Below, piece after piece: positions 53,101-64,000 of a DNA stretch of 64,000 nt; within the stretch, counting starts at the first letter, position 1; every line of letters begins with the position of its first letter. The DNA comes from Lytechinus pictus (lineage: Eukaryota), in contig NC_087251.1 of assembly GCF_037042905.1 (NCBI RefSeq), positions 19,470,001-19,534,000 of the forward strand, read 5' to 3'. Made by a program: the position numbers and the translations under genes. The notes below the pieces were generated by a model. It was given only the letters and a program-made list of their open reading frames with translations. It did no database searches and had not been told where the DNA came from.

Positions 53101-55939
53101 GCCTTGATTCGAGATGACAACAACAAAGGTAAGAGGATAACTATGCCTTGAAGATGTAAGGATAGTGGGATGAAGAATGGATGCGAAAGGGATATAGGAA
53201 CAGGGAAATAAGGGCCACACACCCAGAAAAAAGTCAAAATGTTTCTTCCAAAGCACTGCAATATGAACGCAAAATATTCAAGTATTCGAAGTTCATGAAG
53301 TATAATTCCTGCCATGTTCTAGTTTACTGCAAAAGCGTTTTTTTATATATTTTTTTAAGTTAATGCCATATTAAGTGATAAATCATGGTGACGATGATGA
53401 TAATGTTGTAGCACTACTACTACTCCTACTTTTGCAGCTGCTGTTTGCTTCAGAATATGGAAAATAATGGCCGACCGCCCATTTTATAACCATGATAATA
53501 TAGAAATCCAACTTCCCCCCAAAAAAAATCAACATTGGTATGATGATCTACCTGTATACAACCGACTATGCTATCCATGCTTGACCCGACCTACTTCACA
53601 GCATTACAGCATATCTCTTTCGACATCTCAAATGACCTTGAAATCCAAGGTTATCCGATCGCCATTGAGTTCTGATCTAGGACAATTGTATTATGAAAAA
53701 TGGATTAAAACGTAGTTTAACAATATGTCTAAGCCAGGTTTTTTTGTTAATCTCTGATATTTCTCCCCCAAAACACTATCTTCCAATAGTGGAAACCTCT
53801 GAGGAACAGGCAGAGGTGACGCAGGGGGAGAGGGCAAGACATCCTGAAGAAGATTTAACAAAATGAATAGGGGTAGATGGTAAGAAAAAATGCCACTTTT
53901 TTATAGAATTATTTCTTTGTCATCATCTTTTGGGAGGGGGTCGACCCTCTGCCCCTTGAATCATTGTCTCTGCAATACGAATAAAAATGAAATTTTCAAA
54001 GAATTCAAAGCGCAATAATGGTTTTCTTGTATTATGTAGATGAATAATATATGATCTTTCTCCTTCACAGATATATGTTCACTTCCATAAAGAAACCATG
54101 TAATTTTTAAGTCGGTCACTTCTTTGACCCTCTACCACACTCTTGGATGATTTCCATTTGTGCTCAATATTATATACTGCTTATTATACTGTAAGAATGC
54201 TCGTCTGTAAAATTGATTTGTATTACTTTATATTACTTTGTATTATGTTTTGAATGGAAATGGAATAAAGAATTGAATTGAATTGATGAGTTATGTCCAT
54301 GTCCACCATACCCAGAGAACGATTAATCTTTAACCTTAATCATATTTACGGGATGACGAAAAGGTGGATGAAGAGAGAAAAAGGAAGGGTGAAGAAGAGT
54401 GAGTGCATGAGTGAAGAGGGAGGGGAGAGAAGGGAGTGAGAGAGACGAGAGGGAGAGAGAGAGAGGGGAGGGGGAGGGAGACAGACAGAAAGACAGTGGA
54501 GGGGTAAATAAAAATAAATAAAATCTACAATCTAAAAGGCAAAGAATGATGCAGGGAGGGAGGGAGGGAGTAAGGAAACCTAAAAAAAATTATTAGGGAT
54601 GAAAATGAAAACTTATAAGATAAACTTACTACAGAAAATGTATGTTGCAGGTGCATATATACTAATTGAAAAAGCTTGAATTGATTGCAGTCAAAGGCCT
54701 TAATTTTTCCACTATTATCATCATCAGTGTTCATCAGTATTAATATTATGGTTATTATTACTACTATAGTTATTGCGATTTTCATCATTATGTTTATTTC
54801 CGTAATAATCATTACTATCATTATCATTAACGTCATTATTATCATTATCTTCATTATCTTCAAGGATTGCCTGACCTAGCGGCTCTTCTAATTCTAGCCA
54901 AGAGCACGTTGACCCTGGATCTTGCTCCATGGTCATTTGACCCATGGCTAGCTGATCACAAGGAAACCCTCAAATTTTCCTTGTCATCGTCGTATTAGAA
55001 ATCCAAGACCCGAGGAAATTGTTGGATAAATGATTACACAAACAACAATTAGAAAGGATCAGACTCAGGAGGAAATCTGAGGACACCAAGGCTAAGAGAG
55101 ACGGGGATCAAAGTTTGGTTAACACGAGGCGTAACGGACGCATCTTCATTGGTGACCTCATGAGTGGGATTAAGATGTTTGGAGGTAAGCTTAATTAACA
55201 CGATCTCCTGGTTGATGTCGTGTGATGAATGACGATTCAACCTCGTATTTGATTGGTCATTAACACGACGCAATTCATCTCTATAAACATCAACTAATTA
55301 TACGACCCGCGGAGGTCATGTTAGGGGATTAACTACAAAATGAGGAAAATCAAGAGAAGAAAGGAACGTCATCATTCATTACGCATGTCGGTGTTTGAAG
55401 CTAATGAATCAATATGCTAGGAAGCGCCGAATTGGAGAAGGTGTCTTTGAAAAGCAAATGTTATGCTGAGAGAAAAAACGCTTGGCATTGATACTGAGTT
55501 AGGTGACATGTATCAAGTGTCTGAGGTCACCGACATTGGTTGATGAAAATGCGTAAAACCAGGACGGACTAAGCTTGGGTCAAACATTCTGAATATTTGA
55601 ATGATGAACAGTGCACCAAGTCTGTCATAGCGCCCTCTATAATAGGCCTATTCCTCAAAACATGCTTTCAAAGATGACACAGACTCCCCCACCCCCCCCC
55701 CCCAAAAAAAAAATCAGGACGCTTTTTACTGACCAATACTCCAAAACGCATCACAACTTATAAACATTTGCGTTTTAAGTAAAGCCTAAAAACATTTGAC
55801 CAACAAACTATAATACTTTATATTACTTAAATCACTTCGTTAACGTGCAACTCTATCCAACACTGTGGTTTGACTTTATTCAATAGGTTGAAATGAAACA
55901 CACAAAGTTGTGACATTTTCATTAACATGGTATAAAAAA

Positions 55940-56225
55940 TATTGTTTCTCGCCCACTTGTGAAAATAACCAGAAAAAATCGCGTCATAATAGAGTCTTGC
56001 ACGTAAACTTTTGAGTTCACCTCAGAATGATCTTTGACCATACTATGTGACCTTACACTGCAGCATCACATGCAGGTCTCCTAGTACATGTACAACCCAA
56101 GTTTGGTTGAAAAGTGACTTACGGTTGCATAGTTATGTGTCATAATATTTGCGACGGACGGACGACGGACAGACAACATTTTGGATCTCATAGTCTCGCC
56201 TTCACCTCTGGTGGGTGAGACAAAA
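55940..56225 (+). mobile_element. Helentron-associated (HINE/DINE-like) element end
   Basis: (GACG/GACA)n microsatellite at 56152-56175, then hairpin GTCTCGCC-TTCACCTCTGGTG-GGTGAGAC (56193-56221) abutting an A run. TGACC motifs upstream. Left boundary uncertain. Confidence 0.6.
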
Positions 56226-57429
56226 AGGGTATGATAAAGCTTCGCATTTCAAAATTTCTCTATATGAGTTAGCTTAGTTTTCTGAAACACGCACAGATTT
56301 ATGCAAATCAGTTAATCGATAATGGATCAGATTATCCGTTTTGTCGTCCAAGAAAATAAAGTGTATAATGTTTAAGATCGTCAATATTACGATTCTCAAT
56401 GATTAACATTCATTAAAGAAAAAAGGTTTTATTTCAGATTTCTTGGCGAGTGGTGTTGAAATAAAGGTTCACCATTATCACGATCATCCTCATTCTTCTC
56501 ATCTCCATCTTCATCATTATAAGAATATTATTAAAATAACATTTCCATTCTGCTTTATAAATATATTTATTAATTTGATAAGTTTTATCCCAGGGTTGTC
56601 GTTTTTCAAGCAATCTGCTTATAACGACAACCCTTCTCCTGCAAACTGCAAATGTTATATTTTTTTGGTATTAGATCATATTTGTTTAGAATGACTTGTT
56701 TATTCATTTTTTTTCTTTATGATTCATACCAAAATCAATTACCGATATATTTATACGTTTGTTACGTAATGAAAATTGTATTATATACGAAGAAGGAATC
56801 AATGAATAAAATCAAATGGCATCAACAAAAACGAGGAGAGCACGACCCCTACCCAACTGAACATACTAGATAAACATCAAAAAGTTAATTGAGTGTGAAA
56901 AGAATGAAAGTGAGCGAGAGTTTTCATGAAATGATTATGTGGTGCAAGGATAGATCGAGAGATGGCGCACCAATACATTTGCAGGGGGAAAATAATTGAC
57001 TACTCGCAGTGAAGAACGTTATCGCGAATATTGATGGAGAGCTTCGAATTCGTTTACAAACTGGCCCGAACGTTTTTTTTTTCTCTCAAAGAGTGTAGTA
57101 AGTGGTGTAAATCAGACGCCTTAGTCACAAATTAAGAAAAACTAATTTCAGTTTTCTGTCTGCGAGGGAGATGAGGAAATTTGCTACTTTTGATTGTAAA
57201 CTGGACTTGCGGTCTAGTAGCATTTTAAAAATCTATGACATAGAACAAAATATTGTGCTTGATCTCTTTTTTTTCAGGAAGGGAAACAGTTTCTAAAATC
57301 CAAGAGAGAGTGGGCTTAACCCCCATAGCAGTTTGCAATTCGCATCTTTTAATGCTATATTTAGGCCTACCATTTCACAAAGTTAGATAGTGACGGGTAA
57401 TATTATGAATAAAGTTCAATTATTCTTGA

Positions 57430-58032
57430 AGGACAAGTCCACCCCAACAAAAAATTGATTTGATTAAAAAGAGAAAAATCCAACAAGCATAACACCGAAA
57501 ATTTCATCAAAATCGGATGTAAAATAAAAAAGTTATGACATTTTAAAGTTTCGCTTATTTTCACAAAACAGTTATATGCACATCCTGGTTGGTCTGCAAA
57601 TGAGGAGACTGATGACGTCATCCACTCACTATTTATTTTGTATTTTATTATATGAAATATGCAATATTCTAATTTTCTCCTCATTGTCAAGTGAAACAGT
57701 TATCAGTCCTCACTGAACATGTGATATTAGCATTGCTTAATACTATATGATTCAGTCAAGTCGGTCCCTATGGTCATATCTGTAAAAAATGAAATATTGT
57801 ATAATTCAAACAATAAAAAACAAAAGAAATAGTGAGTGATGGACATCATCGACTGACTCATTTGCATGTCACTGAGTTGTGCATATCACTGTTTTGTGAA
57901 AAAATATGCGAAACTTTAAAATACCATAACTTTCTTATTTTATATCCGATTTTGATGATATTTTCAGTGTTATGCTAGTTTGATTTTTCTCTTTATATTC
58001 AAATCAACATTTTGCTGGGGTGGACTTGACCT
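57430..58032. mobile_element. Kolobok-like TTAA MITE, inverted copy of 26112-26704
   Basis: Ends AGGACAAGTCCACCCCA / TGGGGTGGACTTGACCT. Flanks TTGA / TTAA. The spurious ORFs 26444+ and 57403- are near-identical. Confidence 0.82.
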
Positions 58033-58732
58033 TTAATGTTTATAAGTGAATCAATGAGCTAAATAAGTCCAATGCAAATTTTGCACGTCTAGGCCTATAT
58101 TCATTTTTTAAAGGAAGGGACAGACTTTGAATACCCCCCCCCCACACACACACCTTCTTCCCCAGAAATATCAAATGAGTTATAATAATAGATAATCAAA
58201 ACTTAGCTAGAATATAAAACTATATAGACAATCAAGCAAAATAACACAAACTCATTAACTTCATCATTGTTATGACAAAATATGGTTGCTCTTCAGCTAA
58301 TTTACACAGGATAAGAACGCGACAGTACAAAAATCAAAATGATTCATGCTTTAATATCGCCCTCTATCGGTAATATGGTTTCGAACCGTCCAGAACTGTC
58401 ACGAATAAAATACACATTAAGATCGACTATTTTTATATGCTGACGTGTAAATGAATGAAATGTATCAAAATAACTAAAGGAATATGAACTGTAAATTTGT
58501 GGGAAAAAATGGTTATCAATGCTACATGATATGAAATATGAATATCTAACATGTCCTATACCTATTTGGCATATTTAGGTCAAACGAACACTAATTGCAC
58601 CTGTGAATGAACACAACAGGAAGTGCTAAAGGGAACGGAATCAACGATCAGATTGATGGATGGAGAAATAGGAGGGGGATAAAGAGGGTGAGATAAATTG
58701 ACAGAGAAAGAGAGAGAAGTGGAAAGGGAGGG

Positions 58733-58765
<33 letters not shown>

Positions 58766-60373
58766 AGAGAAGGGAGAGAAAGAGAGTAGGGGGGGGGGGG
58801 TAAGTGAGAGATGAAAGAGTGAGAGAATGATACGACCGTTGCAAAATTAATTATCATATGAATACGACTTAGTATTATTCCTTGATGTGCACAGAATAAG
58901 AAAAATAATAATAAACGTTTGGATGTCATATTATCGGCCGTCTGACATGTTAAAAAAAGAAACCTACCTAAAACGCATTTACGTGCAATTGGTTGTATTC
59001 AATGAAAAAGTGCCTGTTAAAGACCACAATTATGGAAATAAGAGGAAGGGGCTGGCACTAAGATTCATGAGGCTAAAACCATACATCATTGAAAAAAATT
59101 CTCCATCTTGGAGAGGAGTTTGTCCCTTGTCGCCCTCTATAGACGAGACAAAGACAAGGTTTGTAGTTTGACGTCTATACTATAATTCTTTGTGACACTT
59201 TTTAGAATTGCTCTTAAACAATGAGGAGGTTCTAGGGTAGAGTCCGTTAATAACGAAATGTTCCTATTAAACGTAAGAGGGGGGATCAGGGATCAATGGT
59301 TTAAAATTAACGTATCTGTGCCCTTCTTTGGAGTCAACATCTGGTTTATATCGACCCACCACATTCTTTCCTTTACTACAAACAACAAAACAAAACCTGA
59401 AAATATTTCCCTGGTAACTGAATGAAGCGGCAAATTTTTGTATAACGGAATGAAAAGAAGAGGTCGATACCTGTACACCTGTAAGCTATGAAATGATTCG
59501 TATGAAAAGTACTTGCCAAAAATGAGGAAAAATAATCGCATTAAAGCCTACCACTCAAAAAAATAAAAAAAAGACTGATGCATCATTAAAAGGCCACACT
59601 ATTTTCAATGAAAAAAAAATGCGTGAAAGTCTATACAAAAATTAAGTTGTTCTTCTCATAAGACTTAATGTCTGAGGAATATATTGAAAGAGACAGGGTA
59701 TAACAAATAGAGAGAGGGGGTGGGGGAGGGGAAATGAGGGGTGGGAGTGTGGGGAGGATGAGAGAAGCGTATGAAACGCGAATGAAACGTACGGACTATG
59801 TATAATAGTTTGACAGAGATTCCCTATACATGCACCCCTCAAAAAGAGCGGGAAAACAGAATGAACGAAAAAAAATCGAAATCTGACTGGGAATTTCTTT
59901 CCTTAGTCGAATAAACATCCTTCTGAAAACATCTCCCCCATCTCGACGAGCTGCCACCTCATTAGTTGGACTTCCTATCGGTAGTTGGACACACAAAGGT
60001 GAGGTTAAGAGAGCTTGCCTTTTCGGGAGAAGATCGAAGGAAATTGAGAAGAGAAGATAGGTAAACGGGTTTTTAGTTCTCAGGCTCTCATGCGGATACT
60101 ACTCTAGGTTTGACATAGCGAATCTCGACCACCTGCGCTTCCGTAGCCCCAGCGCACATTACCGCCGATCTCCCCCGTAACTCCCCGGGCTATGGAGATG
60201 GTGGTAGGGACGAGGGAAGAAGGGAGAACTACGGTCGAGTTGTAGGTCGCTTGATTTCTTTAAGATAACAAAGACTATCCCTTTCTCTGATATACATAAA
60301 TGTACATTTAAGGGGATGCTATCACAGCTATCAAAGCTAATGTATTTCATTGTCTAAAGAATAACAGGAACCC

Positions 60374-60618
60374 CATATGTAAAAACCGTGGTGCGGTGTT
60401 AAAACTGACACCAGTTGGTGTCAATATAGGACCACACCCTGAGGTGTTCAAAGTACACACTAGAGATTTAACATAACACCAAAGAGTGTAAATGTATCAA
60501 CCAAAGGTGTTGTGATATGACCTATAGGTGTTCAGCTAACACTGTCAATTTAACACCGGTGTAAAATAACTTGTGTGGTCAGATATGTACACCGGTTAAC
60601 ACCACATTTTTTGCTGTG
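60374..60618. mobile_element. EnSpm/CACTA-like MITE with AACACC/GGTGTT repeats
   Basis: Right end TTTTTGCTGTG|TA, degenerate left end CATATGTAAAAA, dense ACACC/GGTGT motifs. Similar remnant at ~33620-33745. Confidence 0.55.
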
Positions 60619-60990
60619 TACCAATACTAGACCTATCAACTGACCATGTGTTTCATTTCATTTTACAGAACTATAGTCTCGCAAGTCATAATGAAATAAA
60701 AAGTAATGATAGAAATGATTATAACTAAGGTTTATCACTTATTGGCATCCGTCAAAATTACTGCTATAAATGGCGAATTTTCATTCATGAAAAAAAAATC
60801 TCTTTTATATTGGAACGACGTGATCTTTAGATATCATAATCATACCAACTTGATTAATACTAAGATGACTATCATTTATCATTCATATTTTCCCTTTCTT
60901 AGTAATTAGGAGCATCATCTGCATCGTTGACACAAAATTGATATAACGAAAACACCTTAATTGCAATATGGGAACATTTTTTGTATTTAG

Positions 60991-61378
60991 ATTGACCAAT
61001 TTATTTTAAGTGATTGTAACTACATGCTAAGATCATCGTCTCTAAAAATCAAATTACCCTTAGTTAAAAGCAATTATAAGACAAGAAGTCTACAGTACAG
61101 GGGGGCCAGAAGCTGGAACGCACTACCTAATGACTTAAAAGTAACTAGTTTCAACATATTTAGATTGGACGCCAGAGTGATGTAAACTTGTTTGTTCTGT
61201 TTGTTTGTTTTTCTATGTAATATTGATGATATTTTAATTGTATATTTATTTCGTATTATGTATCTTAATTGTATATACATGTAATGTGATTTTAATATGT
61301 ACGCACGGACGTTCAGAAGAACAGCCATTGGCTGAAGTTCGTTTACCGTGTTGAAATAAAATAAATGAAATGAAATTA
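60991..61378 (+). mobile_element. 5'-truncated CR1/L2-clade LINE: ORF2 C-terminus, 3' UTR and tail
   Basis: 60991-61185 translates to IDQFILSDCNYMLRSSSLKIKLPLVKSNYKTRSLQYRGARSWNALPNDLKVTSFNIFRLDARVM*, matching the YxLR...RSxxYRG..xWNxLP motif at the end of CR1/L2 ORF2. It is followed by a CACGG...CCGTG stem, AATAAA and an (AAATG)n tail. Confidence 0.8.
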
Positions 61379-62819
61379 GTGAAAGTTTCCTAAAAGACAC
61401 GAAAGAGAAGAATAAAGAGCGTTAAGGTAAAGACTAGTAGGTCACACGTAAAACATTCTATAAATATATATCTCTTGCCTTTTTTTTACGTTTTGGATTA
61501 CAACTTACGTCAGTCAAAATAATGATGTAACCCTTTTTTTTAAACAGTGTAAAGAATTTCACTTATGTATTCAATGAACTATCTTCAAATCTATTTCAAT
61601 TAATATCACGAGAACCCTTAAATCTTTCGCGTTTTCTTCAATGATAACGTCTCCAGTAAACTAATTATATTTCTAAGAATTTTTCTGAAATGAATATAAG
61701 CAACATCCATTAATTATATCGTTTAAAAAACTCTCGAGCACGTTGTCATGGAACTCGTGCCGTAATTCGCATCACACATTGTGATATCAGAGATGTGACG
61801 TTGACATGCTCTTAATTACAATGAAAAACTCACACTGCTTTAAAATGGCTTCTTGACACTGGCTGGGAATGCAAGATTATTATGAAAAAAATATATTTGG
61901 AAGTGTTAAAAATAAAAGCTTATGCAGTATAGGTTATAATAATCCTCATTATTGTATTATTATATTTTCCTAGATTCCTATGGATATCAATGCTACTCTT
62001 ATTCTAAATTATTAACCTTGCGGCCTTTAACACAAAATCATGAACGGATGCTTGAAAAATAATTAAGCCGAGGTGCGAGGAGAGTTACATCATAAGAAGG
62101 AAACAGAATTGATGTAGCTTGAAACATATTTAGAAAAAAATGTAAATAATGAAATAAATAGATAAGAAATCGATAAATAAAGAACAAAGAAAAAATATCA
62201 AAATATATGCATACAATGCATCAATGCTATGAAATAATACATTCTATATCAACTGAAAAATGACTATATGAATTAATATTTTGAGTGAATAAACGGATAA
62301 ACAAATAAATCAGATAATTATAAAGCATTTATACATGAACCGCTAATAGAAAAAAGTAGATATTTAACAAAAAATATAACTTCGGCATTAATGGTCAAGG
62401 TAAACATACTTGAAGATGTTATACAGTGGGTGTATATGACGGATTAGGAAGAGAAGCTCAATCCGATTTCATCAAAATTAATTGGTATTGATGCATAATG
62501 CAAAAGTATATCGGTATTTTGTTTTGTACATCAGTAATGCACAATTATCACGACCAAGAAAAAAAAGAGAAAAGAGAACAAAAATTAGAAACTATTATTT
62601 ACTGAATATTATGTCTAAATCTATTACAGACTTGGATTTTTTCAATAAAAATGTTGACATTTTTGCTCGCTCGCAACTTTTTATAAATTTTACGCAATAC
62701 GACATACGAGCCCCCTCAGATTTTTTGGCTCATTACGCTAATGATAAAACGGTTTGAGACCTTACACGCAGGTTTTCCTCTTTCATGCTCCAATACCACT
62801 ATCATTCAAATTCACAATA

Positions 62820-62841
62820 CTCCTACTACTGCTACTACTAT

Positions 62842-62922
<81 letters not shown>

Positions 62923-62948
62923 TACTGCTACTACTGCTACTACTGCTG

Positions 62949-63003
<55 letters not shown>

Positions 63004-63174
63004 TACTGCTACTACTGCTACTACTGCTACTACTACTACTACTATTACTACTACTACTACTACTACTACTACTAATACTACCACTTCTACTACTGCTACT
63101 ACTGCTACTACTGCTACTACTACTACTACCACTACTGCTACTACTACTACTACTTCTACTACTATTATTACCAT

Positions 63175-63234
<60 letters not shown>

Positions 63235-63274
63235 TACTGCTACTACTACTACTACTACTGCTACTTCTACTACA
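62820..63274. repeat. (CTA)n microsatellite with CTG/CTT variants
   Basis: Seen directly in the sequence. Confidence 0.97.
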
Positions 63275-63661
63275 GGGCGATTCCATACGTGTCGTACGGG
63301 ACATTTTGTCAACGATTTCTAGTCTCTTAGCTGATTGCTTGAGCAATGAAAAAATATTTTTGGTCAATAATAAAGTTATAGTGGGTAGTCATGTGAAAAA
63401 CTGATTACCAACAAAAAATATTTGATTATGGCTGAATTAAGGGCGAAACTGTTGTGTGTCGTACGGGACTCAGAAATGTCCCGTACGACACGCAACATTT
63501 TCAACCGTGGACAGCATATTTTTGTTAGTTGTCATTTTTTCATATGTCTACCCAGTAGTACTCTATTATTACCATAAAACAAATTGAAGTTCTTCGTTTG
63601 TTTGGACAATAGGTTGAAAAATGTTGCAAAAATAGCTGATTTTTCTAGCATGGAATTGCCC
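63275..63661. mobile_element. Sola2-like MITE (387 bp), different internal sequence, inside a (CTA)n array
   Basis: TIR GGGCGATTCCAT / ATGGAATTGCCC. 4-bp TSD TACA at 63271-63274 and 63662-63665. Internal motif GTGTCGTACGGGAC occurs twice direct and once inverted. Confidence 0.75.
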
Positions 63662-63761
63662 TACATGTACTAATAGTACTACTACTAGTACTACTAGTAC
63701 TACTAGTACTATACTACTACTACTACTTCTACTACTACTACTATTACTACTACTACTACTT

Positions 63762-63818
<57 letters not shown>

Positions 63819-63819
63819 T

Positions 63820-63876
<57 letters not shown>

Positions 63877-64000
63877 TAATACTGGTACTATACTACTACT
63901 GCTGCTGCTACTATTACAACTACTACTACTATACTACTACTATACTTCTTCTACTACTTCTACTTCTACTACACTACTACTACTACTACTACTACTACTA
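63662..64000. repeat. (CTA)n microsatellite running off the window end
   Basis: Seen directly in the sequence. Confidence 0.97.

Noticed and set aside
62741..63404. Poly-Thr, Leu, Ser, Tyr and Val ORFs
   Set aside because: Microsatellite artefacts, open in several frames on both strands

Overview
AT-rich eukaryotic non-coding DNA with poly-G, GA/CT and (CTA)n tracts. The repeat families suggest a marine invertebrate, probably a sea urchin or other echinoderm; this is inference only. No intact protein-coding gene, rRNA, bona fide tRNA or CRISPR array can be supported, and the long ORFs in the track are microsatellite artefacts. Non-autonomous transposons dominate and can be classed from their termini and target-site duplications (TSDs): three Sola2-like MITEs (GGGCAATTCCA ends, 4-bp TSDs), three Kolobok-like TTAA MITEs, several hAT MITEs (8-bp TSDs), a PIF/Harbinger MITE (TAA TSD), CACTA/EnSpm-like elements, a Helentron-type (HINE) 3' end, tRNA-derived SINEs and a CR1/L2 LINE 3' end that still encodes the ORF2 C-terminus. 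The most notable observations are: (1) two different Sola2-like MITEs each sit inside a large (CTA)n array; (2) a ~6.7-kb CACTA-ended segment (23644-30369) carries a tRNA-like Pol III cassette near one end and an apparently spliced three-exon non-coding transcript starting near the other; (3) there are several candidate cis-regulatory modules and one possible orphan exon. I found no convincing novel multi-gene system.
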